From the IMG/VR virus record IMGVR_UViG_3300045988_086956, positions 1 to 33,652 of that record: a stretch of DNA of 33,652 bases; one strand, written 5' to 3'. The DNA comes from a virus. Below the pieces are notes generated by a model. That model was not told where the DNA came from and did not search any database. It saw nothing but the letters and a program-made list of their open reading frames with translations. Both the position numbers and the translations under genes were made by a program. How positions within the stretch are numbered: the first letter of the stretch is position 1; every line of letters starts with the position of its first letter. Shown here piece by piece: positions 7,344 to 18,258 of the stretch.

Positions 7344-10300
7344 GTATTCCCTCCTTGTAATTCTCTCTTACGTCTTAACTCATAAGCGATTTTATCTGCG
7401 ACCGCAGATGCAATCTTATTGATATCTGCTTCTTCTCGAATGACATTATCAGAGATATTAATGTTGATGATTGGTGCTTGACCCTGCATCGTTTCAGCAA
7501 TACCGCGCCCAATAGCACTCAGGTTTCGCTCGTTGAGAGGTAGGACAGCTTCATTGCCAGCCTCGCCACCAACCATTAAGTTACTACCGTTAGCCCCGAA
7601 TATGGTCGGTTTAGTTAAAATACCGCCTTTAGCGTACCAGTCGATTCCAATACTAGGCAGATCACCTTTCAGCCAGTCAAGTGGATTTGCCGAACCGCTT
7701 ACATGAAAGTGAGGCAAGGGAATATGTGGCCATGAAATTTGAAAATTAAAGAATCCTTTGATGGCATTAATTGCATCACCTACCAAATTTTTAGCAGTAT
7801 TTATTGCGCCTCCTATCGTATCCTTAATCCCATTCCACACATTCGATGCACTATTACTGATGGTGTTGAAAACGTTTGATATTGTACTAGAAATACTATT
7901 AAATACATTTGAGACCGTACTTAAAAGTGAATTCCAAATACCATTCAAAGACGAGCTGATACCGTTCCAGATATTAGAAGCCGTGCTAGAAATAGCATTC
8001 CAAATGTTTGATAGGATTTGAGCTAATGCGTTGAAAATAGATTCTGCTACCGATTTGATACCATTCCAAATCGCTTCGCCTATGCTTTTAATTGTTTCCC
8101 AAGCACCCGACCAATCACCATTAATAATCTGCATGACGGTTTTGATAATGCCTAAAACAACATTGATAGCGGTCTCGACAACTGTCTTAATCACTTCCCA
8201 CGTAGTAGAAATGACTGTTGAAATGTTTTCCCAAGAAGCCTGTATAAATGGTCCGATAATATCCATAACAACTTGTATAACTTGTTGAATACCGTTCCAA
8301 ATCTTCTCAGCTGTAGCTTTAATCAGCTCCTGATTTTCATTCCACCAAGAAACCAACGTACCCCAGATAGACATAACAAAATCTGAAATAGCTTGTATGA
8401 CTGTGTTAATAACAGACATGATAGTGTTCCAAACTGTTTCTACAACTTTACGAAAGCCCTCATTCGTTTCCCAAAGATACTTAATAACAATTACTACCGC
8501 TGCTATTCCAGCCGCTATAGCGGCAGCAATACCAATAATAGGTAAGGCGGCGGCTATCATTCCTCCTATACTAGTCCCTAAAGCGACTGCTGCAGCTTGT
8601 AAAGTGAGAAATATAGGTGCAAGGACACCAGCGACCGTCACAACTGTACCAAGAATAACCACAAACTGTTTAATAGGTCCAGGCAAAACTTTAATCCATT
8701 CAGCAACTTGTTTAAAAATCCCAACTAAAACTTCCAATGTTGGTGCAAATGTTTCAGCAATTGCTCCTCCAACTTCACCCATAACAATTTTTAAACCATT
8801 TTGTGCAGTGGTGAATTTATCAATTGGGTCTAAAGTGTTTTTATATGTTTCGGAAACTAAACCAGCTGAGACTTGTGCTGTATAGCCTAAATCTTCGAAG
8901 CTTAAAGTACCACGTTTGATAGCATCTACCATCTGCGGTGCTTTCTTTGCTCCAAAAATTTCCATAGCTAGACTCATAGCTTCAGTTTCATTCTTGCTAT
9001 TTTTAATAGCATCAATAGTCTCTTTTAGCCCTTCTTTCATAGATTTGCCTTGTTTAGTATAAGCTCCTGCTGCTTTTGTTAATCCAGATAAAGCAGCTGA
9101 CGAGTCTACACCATGTTGTTCCATTTGTCCTATCAAAGTAACCGCTTCATCAAAGCTAAGACCTAACATTTTAATTTGTGGAGCTCCATCAGTAGCCTTT
9201 TTCATCAAATCATCTACTGACACTCCAGTTCCTTGAGCTACATATGTTGTAGAATCTAGTACATCTGATAAATGATCAACAGAAAGACCGTAAGCTTCAA
9301 GAGCTTGCTTAGACTGTATAGTGGCATTCGTCACATCAGAACCATTAATTTCAGCAAACTTGATTATATCTTTAGACGTAGTTTTGAGTGCATCTCCTGT
9401 CAATTGGAATTGAGTATTTACTTCTCCTACTGCTTGACCAATATTGCTAAAATTAGTGGGCATTTCAGTTGCAATGCCTTTAGCAACTTCCTGCATTTCC
9501 TCAAGAGCTTTGCCACCTGCCCCAGTTTTAGTGACGATGGTATCCATACCTTCGTCAATTTCTCTAAAAGCCTCAAGAGCATTCTTCCCAAAATCAACCA
9601 ACTTTTGGCTGATATCTGCCAATTTTTCTGAAAATTGATTAAGAAGCTCTGCCTTTAAGAGATTATTCGTCTCAGATAAGCCGTTACCGGCCTGCTTGGC
9701 TGAACTGCCGAGATTTTCCATCTCATTTGCTAACCCGTTAAAGGCTGATTTGGATTCGTTCAGTTGAGTCTCTAACTTATTGACTTCAACCGAATTTTCA
9801 CCGTATTCTTGTTTAGCTAGTTCTAGCTGTTTCTCCAAACTCGCAATCTGTCTTTCGACAATCTCGCTTTGCTTACCAATTTTTTGTTCTGCCAAAGCTA
9901 ACTTGTCAGCCTCAGAAGCATTGGATCCCATCTGGCTTTCTTGTAGTTTAAAGCTGCTCACAACCTTTTCTGATTCACTAGCCAGTTGCTTCTGCTCATT
10001 TTGTAGTTCTTTGAGCTGCTCTTTATTAGACTTGGTACTATTCCCATTGCCTTCAAGTGCTTTGTTAACGCCCTCCAACTTGTTTTCATATCCCTTTAGT
10101 ACATTTTCAGTTTGGACAACTTCACGCTGAAAAGCTCTGTACTGCTCCGCACCGATATCGCCACTTTTAAACTGCGCTTCAACTTGCTGTTGAGCTCCTT
10201 TCAAAGTCTCTAGCTTTTCCTTAGTTGTATGGACTTGCTTCCCAAGAAGCTCTTGTTTTTGAGTAAGTAGTGTAATATTACTCGGGTCAAACTTGAGTGA

Positions 10301-10429
10301 TTTGTCAATCTCTCGAATTTCTTTAGTTGTCTTACTGGCGGCACTATCAACACCTTTCAGAGCTTTTTGTAAGGGCTGAGTATTCCCTTCGATTTCAATC
10401 GTAATCCCTTTAATGTTTTTTCCTGCCAT
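7340..10429 (-). CDS. Tape measure protein
   Basis: 1029 aa. N-terminal coiled coil, central hydrophobic block, periodic W/F-N-x-I repeats. Follows the G/GT chaperone genes. Confidence 0.92.
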   Translation of the reverse strand: MAGKNIKGITIEIEGNTQPLQKALKGVDSAASKTTKEIREIDKSLKFDPSNITLLTQKQELLGKQVHTTKEKLETLKGAQQQVEAQFKSGDIGAEQYRAFQREVVQTENVLKGYENKLEGVNKALEGNGNSTKSNKEQLKELQNEQKQLASESEKVVSSFKLQESQMGSNASEADKLALAEQKIGKQSEIVERQIASLEKQLELAKQEYGENSVEVNKLETQLNESKSAFNGLANEMENLGSSAKQAGNGLSETNNLLKAELLNQFSEKLADISQKLVDFGKNALEAFREIDEGMDTIVTKTGAGGKALEEMQEVAKGIATEMPTNFSNIGQAVGEVNTQFQLTGDALKTTSKDIIKFAEINGSDVTNATIQSKQALEAYGLSVDHLSDVLDSTTYVAQGTGVSVDDLMKKATDGAPQIKMLGLSFDEAVTLIGQMEQHGVDSSAALSGLTKAAGAYTKQGKSMKEGLKETIDAIKNSKNETEAMSLAMEIFGAKKAPQMVDAIKRGTLSFEDLGYTAQVSAGLVSETYKNTLDPIDKFTTAQNGLKIVMGEVGGAIAETFAPTLEVLVGIFKQVAEWIKVLPGPIKQFVVILGTVVTVAGVLAPIFLTLQAAAVALGTSIGGMIAAALPIIGIAAAIAAGIAAVVIVIKYLWETNEGFRKVVETVWNTIMSVINTVIQAISDFVMSIWGTLVSWWNENQELIKATAEKIWNGIQQVIQVVMDIIGPFIQASWENISTVISTTWEVIKTVVETAINVVLGIIKTVMQIINGDWSGAWETIKSIGEAIWNGIKSVAESIFNALAQILSNIWNAISSTASNIWNGISSSLNGIWNSLLSTVSNVFNSISSTISNVFNTISNSASNVWNGIKDTIGGAINTAKNLVGDAINAIKGFFNFQISWPHIPLPHFHVSGSANPLDWLKGDLPSIGIDWYAKGGILTKPTIFGANGSNLMVGGEAGNEAVLPLNERNLSAIGRGIAETMQGQAPIININISDNVIREEADINKIASAVADKIAYELRRKRELQGGNT

Positions 10430-10470
10430 AGTTCCTCCTTTCTTTTTGTGATAAATAAAGGACGCACTCG

Positions 10471-11057
10471 TTAGAATGCATCCATATCCGTCTGCGTGGC
10501 TTTTCTAGTAGCCCCTTCTTCGTTTTCTGTCCGAAGATTGACATAGTCTGTCTGATAGTCAAGAGCCATACCTAAACTGATGTGCTTCATATCATCTATA
10601 GTCAGACCCGTTTCTTTACAACATGAAAAGTAAGATTCTACTGTAAAGGACTCATTGCTTGCATTTGCGCTTTCATCGACTTTTTTTTGGTCTGCATGCC
10701 CTCGCTTAACATTTCCATCAAAGTCTGCCCGACTACATCGAAAGGAAAAACTTCCATCTCCATGTAAAACTCGACAAAAGTCTTGATAGTGGGATTTGCA
10801 GACTTGGCAAAGATATAAAAAAGGCGTTGGAAGAAAGTCATATCAAAATCAGCCAGCATGGCGATGTCCATATCTTCTGTTTTGAACTCTTCCTTTTCTG
10901 ACATCGTCAAAATTTTCTGCAGTGCCTCGTTATTTTTAAACATGCCTAGCAAATCCTGAAAATAGTCTTTGCCGAACTCTGCTTTATAAGCAATAGGAGT
11001 ATAGGCATTATTAGCTAGCCTATACTCCACCTCATTGATTGCTACTGTACGCTGCAT
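10471..11057 (-). CDS. Tail assembly chaperone GT-like product made by a -1 programmed frameshift
   Basis: A8 run (minus strand, 10681-10688) gives A_AAA_AAG in the zero frame. The -1 frame stays open for 69 more codons to the TAA at 10471-10473. Confidence 0.7.
10638..11057 (-). CDS. Tail assembly chaperone (gpG-like)
   Basis: 139-aa acidic protein between the major tail and tape measure genes. Slippery run near its 3-prime end. Confidence 0.8.
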   Translation of the reverse strand: MQRTVAINEVEYRLANNAYTPIAYKAEFGKDYFQDLLGMFKNNEALQKILTMSEKEEFKTEDMDIAMLADFDMTFFQRLFYIFAKSANPTIKTFVEFYMEMEVFPFDVVGQTLMEMLSEGMQTKKKSMKAQMQAMSPLQ

Positions 11058-11068
11058 ATCGCTTCTCC

Positions 11069-11647
11069 TTAAACTTGATTAGGTTCAAAAGGTTTGTCAA
11101 ACCATTTCTTGTAGGTATCTTCTGGAGTTTCTTCTGTCGTACGCCGTTTCACGACTTTATCAAGCGGACGCGGAGAAACGTTGAAGTTTAGCTCAGTAGT
11201 GTTGATATTACCACCATCTTTCGTAGCAGACCCACCAGACGGACGTTGAGCGGAGCAATTATACAGTACGTGACGAGTTCCTTTAGAATCTCCCTCAATT
11301 TGAAACATCAAGGCAAACCGTTTCTTCTTCGCATTTCCTACCTCAGTCATCACTTTGCTAATAGGATCTAGCACCTCACCCAAGATGTTCTGACAAAACA
11401 AATCGGTCAGTTTAGCGATTTTCAATTTTCCGGTATAGCCATCATTACTTTCGGAAGTATGATAGTTAACATTATCCGCTTTGAAGATATTCGTATCCCC
11501 AGACGGATCTAAAGTCAGTTCAACTGCACCGCGTTGAGGATGGACTGTATTACCATATGTTAATACACCCTCTTCTGACTCACTTTCAATTTCCACCCAA
11601 TGGACATTTTCAAGACCAAAGGTCACTTTATTTTTTTCTGTTGTCAT
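11069..11647 (-). CDS. Major tail protein
   Basis: 192 aa at the conserved position upstream of the chaperones. N-terminus TFGLENVHWVEIE resembles phi13-family major tail proteins. Confidence 0.8.
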   Translation of the reverse strand: MTTEKNKVTFGLENVHWVEIESESEEGVLTYGNTVHPQRGAVELTLDPSGDTNIFKADNVNYHTSESNDGYTGKLKIAKLTDLFCQNILGEVLDPISKVMTEVGNAKKKRFALMFQIEGDSKGTRHVLYNCSAQRPSGGSATKDGGNINTTELNFNVSPRPLDKVVKRRTTEETPEDTYKKWFDKPFEPNQV

Positions 11648-11659
11648 GTAGTTCTCCTT

Positions 11660-11983
11660 TTAATATAAATAAACTGAGTAAGTCACGACAAATAACTCCT
11701 CAGAATCAATGTAAGTTTCATCTTCTTTTTCAAAGAAGAATTTGCTTTGATTAAGCAAGTTTTCTAGTTTCTCTTCTAAAGCCAGCTCTTTCTTATCTGT
11801 TACAAGTTCAACTGTTACAGTATCAACCTTAAATTCCTGTTGATTATCCCCTAGCTGTACGACTGGTCGACCAGTCGTATAAACTACATAAGGAGGATTG
11901 GGAGCTTGACCCTTTTTAAAGCTATGATATTGAATAGTTAATCCTGTTTCAGTCAAGAGTTCAGCAAATTCTACTAATTTCAT
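11660..11983 (-). CDS. Tail terminator / head-tail joining protein
   Basis: 107 aa directly upstream of the major tail gene. Call is by position only. Confidence 0.5.
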   Translation of the reverse strand: MKLVEFAELLTETGLTIQYHSFKKGQAPNPPYVVYTTGRPVVQLGDNQQEFKVDTVTVELVTDKKELALEEKLENLLNQSKFFFEKEDETYIDSEELFVVTYSVYLY

Positions 11984-12330
11984 CCTCGTACAATCCTTTC
12001 AAAGCCTTTTGTGATTTCTTCAATCACCTGTTGCTCAACTTGTGCAATGTGAGGTTGTGCCTTGCTACGACCACCATTCCGCAGCAAATGACTACGTTCC
12101 AGCAAATGAGTAAGGCGATAGGTTTTAGGGGCATTGTGTACAACGTAGTTGCCTTTTTTATTTCTAGTCACTTTCCAGTGAGCAGCATATTTCCCCCTAC
12201 GCCGTGGACTATTCGCTTTCAAGGTTGATACAGCCTTATTAGCTGTTTCCTCTGCCAGTTCGTCCAGCTCATTTTCGATTTCTTCTGAATATTCGCTTAG
12301 GTATTTGGCTATTTCGTTGGATAGGTCCAT
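11980..12330 (-). CDS. HK97 gp10-family head-tail joining protein
   Basis: Position and the NSPRRRGKYAAHWKV-type motif. Confidence 0.6.
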   Translation of the reverse strand: MDLSNEIAKYLSEYSEEIENELDELAEETANKAVSTLKANSPRRRGKYAAHWKVTRNKKGNYVVHNAPKTYRLTHLLERSHLLRNGGRSKAQPHIAQVEQQVIEEITKGFERIVRG

Positions 12331-12632
12331 TACAACACCTCCTCCAAAGTCAACTCCATCTCATTTACATCTACTTCATAGGTTCGTTTCACTTTATAAC
12401 GCTTACCAAGGAATATAGCAAACTCCTCATCTTGGTACTCATAAGTATGGACTGTGACTACCTTGCTTGGTCTCAAGTCAGCTTGCGCAGTTTGTGCTTG
12501 ATAAAATTCAGCGCGAGTCGTTGAGCGAACCTTACACAAAATTTTTGTTTCTCGTTCGTCAAAAACAGGCTGTTTTAACTCATCATAGCCATTTTCTATG
12601 CGCTTTATCAGAGTGATTTCGTCATTCCACAT
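12330..12632 (-). CDS. Head closure / head-tail adaptor protein
   Basis: 100 aa. Position in the connector cluster, with overlapping stop/start codons. Confidence 0.55.
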   Translation of the reverse strand: MWNDEITLIKRIENGYDELKQPVFDERETKILCKVRSTTRAEFYQAQTAQADLRPSKVVTVHTYEYQDEEFAIFLGKRYKVKRTYEVDVNEMELTLEEVL

Positions 12633-12901
12633 TACTGAGCACCTCCCATGATAAGATTATGCAAGCGCCATTGTAAGTGACGAGGCATATTTTCTACCTC
12701 GCCACTTTTATAGCGATAAGCTGCATAATCTACCACAAAATCCACATGGTCCGAACGTTCAGGGTTAAGCTTCAATCCCTGCACATTCTTTAACTCACTG
12801 ATGGATGATTTGATTTTAGATTTCAGGATTTCATCACGAATACTAGTTGAAATGCCAAGCTGTAACTTTAGAAGTTCTAAAATTACTTCTTCTTTCATCA
12901 T
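12632..12901 (-). CDS. gp6-like head-tail connector protein
   Basis: 89 aa, first connector gene after the capsid region. Confidence 0.55.
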   Translation of the reverse strand: MMKEEVILELLKLQLGISTSIRDEILKSKIKSSISELKNVQGLKLNPERSDHVDFVVDYAAYRYKSGEVENMPRHLQWRLHNLIMGGAQ

Positions 12902-13224
12902 TCAGTTTCCTGTTGTTTCGTGCTTTTGCGAGTGCGTTTTTTGGGCTTTTCTTCAGTTTCTGCTGGAAGCTCGTCATCTAAATGAGCATTTTCTACATCC
13001 ACTTCTGGGATATTGTCATTTTCAGGAATGGTTGCTTCCTCTTCAAGAACCAAAAAGATAGAACCGGTTGTATTAGTCCCATCACATAGAGATTGCATAA
13101 AATCATCCGCAGGTTTAAAACCCTCACGAGGATAGGTATCACCAACCTCGTAAGGATAACCATTTTGATGTTCTAGACCTTTATCAGTCGTATCAGCAAA
13201 TGCTCGAATTACTTTATAAGTCAT
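12898..13224 (-). CDS. Hypothetical head-module protein with acidic C-terminus
   Basis: ORF directly after the major capsid gene. Confidence 0.6.
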   Translation of the reverse strand: MTYKVIRAFADTTDKGLEHQNGYPYEVGDTYPREGFKPADDFMQSLCDGTNTTGSIFLVLEEEATIPENDNIPEVDVENAHLDDELPAETEEKPKKRTRKSTKQQETE

Positions 13225-13237
13225 TTACAATTCCTCC

Positions 13238-14410
13238 TTATGCTGGTGCATCTGTATAAGTTACATAATAACCTGCTTTACCATCTGTTTTCTTTGTATC
13301 GAAACGGACAAAGCTAGCCATCAACTGACCATAGATGTTATTGTCTGTCCATTTGATAGAAGCCTGAACACGGTCAAAGAGAGTAGCAAAGGCTTTGACA
13401 TCACCAATAAAGGCTTTCATATCACCTTCATTTTCTCCCATGACTTTGTCTTCGAACTTATGGATAACCCGCCCTGCAAATTTATAGCCTGTTGGAGAAG
13501 TTACATCTGGTTGTAGCATGTAGCGACCATTTTTATCTTTCACTTTATCAAGTGCAGAAAAGAGAGAATCTGTCACAACCAAGTGAACATCATAAACAGA
13601 TTTGATAGAATTGATGACATCTTTCAAACCGTCCAATCCTTGAGCAGCTTTAGCAGTTGCTGTTTTGAGAATTTTAGCAATCTCTACATCTTTTGTATTC
13701 ATGTCTTGATCTGTGATTTCTTCACCAACAAGTCCCATGATGTCATAGTCTGCATCATCAATTAATTCTTGAGACACAGGAATATATCCACGGTAGGTCT
13801 TAATGCTGTAGTCAACATCATTGATGTCTGGCTTTGCTAATTCTGGATTTTTTTCCAATTCTTCAACTGAAGACATTTTCTTGCCAGATTTTCCGATAAC
13901 TGGATATTTACCAGAACCACTATTAACCTTAACGACATTCACCAAGTCCACTAAATGATCATTAGTTGTTGGGACTTTTTGGGGAGCTAACAGTTCTGTA
14001 GGGATAAGCGCCCCGCCGTCAACAGTTTTCAATCCTCCGTCTCTTGTCGCACCTTGTGAGCGAATGTATTGATTTAAAGCTTCACGAATTTCCATTTTTC
14101 CTCCTTGTGCACGCTCGCCAGCTTCTGCAGCTGGTTGCGGTGCTTTTTGATTTAATTTTTCGATTTCATCTTCCAGTTCCTTGATTTCTTGCTCCAACTT
14201 TTCCTTTTCAGCTTTCTTTTCATCAAGTTCTTTTTCCAACGCAGCAAGGTCCTCATCAGCCTTATCTACTTCTTCCTCTGTCTGTGCTTCTTCTGCTGCA
14301 CGCAGAATAACTGCAGAACGTTCCTCCATATCATCAATTTCAGCCAATAGCTTAACCAATGATTCCTGACGCATTTTTACTTTTGCGCCTAAAATAATCT
14401 GTCTATTCAT
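13238..14410 (-). CDS. Major capsid protein, HK97 family, with N-terminal coiled-coil delta domain
   Basis: 390 aa after the prohead protease. Charged coiled-coil N-terminal ~100 aa, then a capsid-like body. Confidence 0.88.
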   Translation of the reverse strand: MNRQIILGAKVKMRQESLVKLLAEIDDMEERSAVILRAAEEAQTEEEVDKADEDLAALEKELDEKKAEKEKLEQEIKELEDEIEKLNQKAPQPAAEAGERAQGGKMEIREALNQYIRSQGATRDGGLKTVDGGALIPTELLAPQKVPTTNDHLVDLVNVVKVNSGSGKYPVIGKSGKKMSSVEELEKNPELAKPDINDVDYSIKTYRGYIPVSQELIDDADYDIMGLVGEEITDQDMNTKDVEIAKILKTATAKAAQGLDGLKDVINSIKSVYDVHLVVTDSLFSALDKVKDKNGRYMLQPDVTSPTGYKFAGRVIHKFEDKVMGENEGDMKAFIGDVKAFATLFDRVQASIKWTDNNIYGQLMASFVRFDTKKTDGKAGYYVTYTDAPA

Positions 14411-14984
14411 GCGAATATTTCTCCTTTAATTTTTGTTTCTTCCGCTCAAGCATGTTTGCTTTTGCCTTTTCCAAATCATTAGCCCTAGCAGCGATTTCCG
14501 TCTGTGGATAGGCCGGAAAAGTACAAGGACTAACTTCAAATAATTCCATGTCCATGATGCGGTCAAGGAAACCATCTTCTGTCTGCGTGCTATCGATTTC
14601 TTTTGGCATGAAACCAAAGCTACAACCGACTACATCACCACGCTTAACACGAGCATAAGCGCCCATTGCTTGCGGGTCATCAGGATTGATAGTAATATCC
14701 CCGCGCAAACCAATTTCATCAACTTCTAGTGTTAGCGTATGATTTCCTGTCCGACCTAAAACCAGCGAAGTATCATGGTTAAATAACGCTCGAATATCTG
14801 CACCATCTAGCGCACGATCTAGCGAATGCTTGTCAATTACCTCACGATAACCAGGGAAAATTTCGGTTTCCTCTTCAAATTTGATAAAGTAACCCGAAAT
14901 AATCAGCTCCTTCTTTTCTTCATTCTCACGAGTTTCGAAAGTCGCTGTACGATAAGATTCACGTTTCATCATTGTCTGTCTCAC
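14403..14984 (-). CDS. Prohead protease (HK97 family)
   Basis: Lies between the portal and capsid genes. The likely true start is the ATG at 14972, which is preceded by GGGGGTGAG. Confidence 0.82.
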   Translation of the reverse strand: MRQTMMKRESYRTATFETRENEEKKELIISGYFIKFEEETEIFPGYREVIDKHSLDRALDGADIRALFNHDTSLVLGRTGNHTLTLEVDEIGLRGDITINPDDPQAMGAYARVKRGDVVGCSFGFMPKEIDSTQTEDGFLDRIMDMELFEVSPCTFPAYPQTEIAARANDLEKAKANMLERKKQKLKEKYSHE

Positions 14985-16149
14985 CCCCTTTCAATTTCTT
15001 TTGATCACCAAGCCTGTCAGCAGGAAGATAATTCTCAAGAACAAGAAGGTCTTCCATTTCATCATCTGGAGCCAAATCAAGCCAGCCGCGAAGTTCATTT
15101 CTTCGCATGGCATTTCGGTCTACTAGACTAGTGCCTGCTGTGACCAGTTCTGTCAAATTGTAAGAATACAAAGAGCGAGCGTTTAACTTGAAATACATAT
15201 TAGGACTATAAAGCAAGTCCCTAGTCAATGTCTGCGAGATAATCAAAGCAATGTCTTTGATAGTCCCGTTGATAAAATTGTTATATTCCTCTTTGTTAAA
15301 CGTTCCTACACCCAACAGAAAAGCAGGCACTCCGATAAGTCCTGCCACCGTTTTTTTATCTAGTTCAACCGAATCATTGATAGCAATATCATTTAAGGTC
15401 AAAGGCTTCACCTGTTGAATATCAAACATATCCTCAGACACTAGCCAAGGCTGCCCTGCTTTGCTGGACTCAAAATATTTCTTAAGCAAATTATTGCGCC
15501 CTTCCTCTGTAGACAGAGTTTCGCTAAAAGCATCAACCTTGATAATCATGCTAGGCAACATCTTATTGCGCATGAAATCATTTTTAGTCTTTGTCGCTTG
15601 ATTAAGATTACTCACAATATCACGCAATGCCACCCGATAGCCCGTTCCCTGAAAATAGCTATCAGGGTCAGGATTCATCACAAAGTGAATAACCTCATCT
15701 GGTCCGTATTCCTGATTGTTGTAGACAATCTTATAACCGTTTGAATTGTCCATCTTATAGCTAACCTGACTCATTGGAAATGGTAATAGATTGCTGATGA
15801 AGCCGTCATGATATTGCACATGAACAACTGAATTGCCATCACCAAATAGCAACAAATCACGCACAATTTTATAAACCCAACTCTTACGAGTCATGTTATG
15901 ACAAGGTCCGATGTCAATCTTACGAGATAGCTCATTAAGAACTCGCTTATCACCTTTGTCCGTATTCTCCATCAAATAGATAGTCATGTTAGACACCAAA
16001 TCCGCAATCTTATTGACTGCGATCAATACATCTGGATTTCTTCCAAGCGGAGTATAGCTATCACTAACCCTCAAACCAAAATCTTGATGAGACAAAAACT
16101 GAATTGTAGGATTTTTATTTCGTTTTCTAAACCGTTCAAAAATTCCCAT
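14959..16149 (-). CDS. Portal protein (HK97 family)
   Basis: 396 aa directly downstream of TerL. Confidence 0.88.
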   Translation of the reverse strand: MGIFERFRKRNKNPTIQFLSHQDFGLRVSDSYTPLGRNPDVLIAVNKIADLVSNMTIYLMENTDKGDKRVLNELSRKIDIGPCHNMTRKSWVYKIVRDLLLFGDGNSVVHVQYHDGFISNLLPFPMSQVSYKMDNSNGYKIVYNNQEYGPDEVIHFVMNPDPDSYFQGTGYRVALRDIVSNLNQATKTKNDFMRNKMLPSMIIKVDAFSETLSTEEGRNNLLKKYFESSKAGQPWLVSEDMFDIQQVKPLTLNDIAINDSVELDKKTVAGLIGVPAFLLGVGTFNKEEYNNFINGTIKDIALIISQTLTRDLLYSPNMYFKLNARSLYSYNLTELVTAGTSLVDRNAMRRNELRGWLDLAPDDEMEDLLVLENYLPADRLGDQKKLKGGETDNDET

Positions 16150-16168
16150 TTTTTCTCACCTCCTTTCA

Positions 16169-17881
16169 TTACCTCAATTCTTCAAGAGCCATACAGGCAG
16201 CAAACACTGTTGCATCGAATAAGTCAATGCGTTGATGGCCACCATCACCATCTAATTTTTCGTATTGAATCATATCATCCGTCTTTTCTATCGCTCTCAC
16301 ATTTCCCACACAGTATTCAAAGGCTTCGTTGTGACAATAATAAAGCTCTTTGTTTTTTACTTTCATTTCAATCCTACGGAAGCCCTCTGATTTCCGCCAA
16401 AAATATTGCGGCATATCCACAACCTTGATTCCTGCCTTACGCATTTTGAGGTAAAACTCACGACCGAACTTACGGTCAAAGCCCACTTTCGGAATGCTAA
16501 AGCCCATTCTGCGCATCTTCAAGAACCAATTCACCACATCATCATAAAGAACTGTTGGAGTATTGCTCATCGTCAGCCATCCGTCATCTTTCCAACCAAA
16601 TAGCGGAATAGAGTCCTCGTTCGCTTTTTTGTGAGCATTGACGATTGGAAAGAAAGCGTGAGAGATAGTAATATCAATCACCTTGCCATCGTTAGTTTTA
16701 TAAAGACCATAGAGGCTGGCAGCGGTCAAATCATGCATCTTAGATAAGTCAGCCCCGCCAAACCACTTAATCGGTAGCTGAGCTAATTCTTCCAAGCTCC
16801 AGTCATAATCTTCATCACTAGCAATAAATTCATCCACATTGAAATAAGCGTTCATGCTATTTGTAAAGATATTCAAAGTCTTGTTCAGAAACTCATTTCT
16901 TGTCTGTGGATCATTCATGGCCTGTAGTGCCTCTTCTCGTAAATCTTCTAACGAGACTGTAACACCTACTGATGGATTAGCTTGCATAAGAACCTCATCG
17001 CTCGTATAGTCTATGACCTCGCCCTCGCTGTTTTGATCAGCCTTGCTGATAAACATAAAAAGAGCCTCGTCTTTGACAGTGCCCTTTAAAACTTTTTGAC
17101 AATATTTAACTCGATTCGCCAAGAAACCATTCGGAATATCTCCAGCAGTGGAAATAATAAAGAGCAGCTTATTTGTATAAGCGCTCATAGTCTTTTTCAT
17201 CAATCCATATTTTTTCGAGTTTCGCATGGTATGCGCTTCATCAATAATGATGACATTCCCATTTAAGGAGTCTAGCCGACTCTCATCATTAGCCAAGGCG
17301 TTGATGTAAAACGACCCCTCTGAACCAAAATTTCCAGTAATAGAGTGCTCAGCATTATTATCTTTGAAGCGTATATTCTTATCTTGCCAGCGCTCCATAT
17401 TAAATTTCATGAAACCAAACGCTTCAAGCGCTTGCTTAATTGAGTTTGCGACTACGTATGCCTTAGAACCACTCATCCGGTCCATCAATGACATGGTGAT
17501 AGTGAGCGCTGCAGTAAACGCAGTCTTCCCATTTTTGCGAGCCAGCATAATGAGCGCCTCTTTAAACCGCCTTACTCCAGTCCCTACATGATAAAAACCA
17601 AATAAGTTTACGACAATAAAGTGTTGCCAGTCTTGCAAGATAAGAGGTTTCTCTCGAATAGATACACCAAATTTGTCATCACCCTGCTGATGCACAATGC
17701 AAGTCTGGATAAACTCCACCACAAAATCAACAATATCAGTATCGATATAGTAATCTGGATTTTCAAGATCTGTTATAAACCTTTGACAAGCAAGCCTTGT
17801 TTCTTCACATGCAACTATCTTACCGCTGATAACGTTAGTAGCGTATATCTTTGCTCTCTCAAGATTTGTAACCATATTCAC
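16169..17881 (-). CDS. terL: Terminase large subunit
   Basis: 570 aa. Walker-A-like ARKNGKT and IIIDEAH (Walker B). Follows terS. Confidence 0.92.
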   Translation of the reverse strand: MNMVTNLERAKIYATNVISGKIVACEETRLACQRFITDLENPDYYIDTDIVDFVVEFIQTCIVHQQGDDKFGVSIREKPLILQDWQHFIVVNLFGFYHVGTGVRRFKEALIMLARKNGKTAFTAALTITMSLMDRMSGSKAYVVANSIKQALEAFGFMKFNMERWQDKNIRFKDNNAEHSITGNFGSEGSFYINALANDESRLDSLNGNVIIIDEAHTMRNSKKYGLMKKTMSAYTNKLLFIISTAGDIPNGFLANRVKYCQKVLKGTVKDEALFMFISKADQNSEGEVIDYTSDEVLMQANPSVGVTVSLEDLREEALQAMNDPQTRNEFLNKTLNIFTNSMNAYFNVDEFIASDEDYDWSLEELAQLPIKWFGGADLSKMHDLTAASLYGLYKTNDGKVIDITISHAFFPIVNAHKKANEDSIPLFGWKDDGWLTMSNTPTVLYDDVVNWFLKMRRMGFSIPKVGFDRKFGREFYLKMRKAGIKVVDMPQYFWRKSEGFRRIEMKVKNKELYYCHNEAFEYCVGNVRAIEKTDDMIQYEKLDGDGGHQRIDLFDATVFAACMALEELR

Positions 17882-18258
17882 GCCCTACCTTTTGGCTTAG
17901 GCTGCTTCGCAAAAACTTTCAACAAGGGTGATTCTGTATTCTCTTTCTGAATTTCGTCACCCAACGCTTTAGGATTAAGCATAAGCTGATTAGAGTATGA
18001 TAGAATATCTTTCCTCAGAGTTTCCATAACAGTAATTATCGGGAGTTTTCGTTCGTTCTCTGCTCCTGCTTTATTAATATAAGGCTCTGTCACCCGATAA
18101 CCAAGCTCTTCATGTTGCTTCTCGTATTCCTGATATTGATAGAGCATGCCAGCATATATCTCAATAATCTGTTCAAACTCTTTCCGATAAGTTCCCAGTT
18201 CTTTCATCACTTTCTTAACTTTTGAGGCAATAGACTTTTTTGTAATTGGTCTTGCCAA
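17878..18258 (-). CDS. terS: Terminase small subunit (P27-family-like)
   Basis: 126 aa overlapping the TerL start, downstream of HNH and the candidate cos region. Confidence 0.8.
   Translation of the reverse strand: MARPITKKSIASKVKKVMKELGTYRKEFEQIIEIYAGMLYQYQEYEKQHEELGYRVTEPYINKAGAENERKLPIITVMETLRKDILSYSNQLMLNPKALGDEIQKENTESPLLKVFAKQPKPKGRA

Noticed and set aside
7758-10130. Plus-strand ORFs inside the tape measure gene, and periodic roughly 33-nt repeats around 7800-8400
   Set aside because: The ORFs are antisense shadows. The DNA periodicity is real but simply encodes the 11-residue W/F-N-x-I repeats typical of tape measure proteins, which is an ordinary feature.
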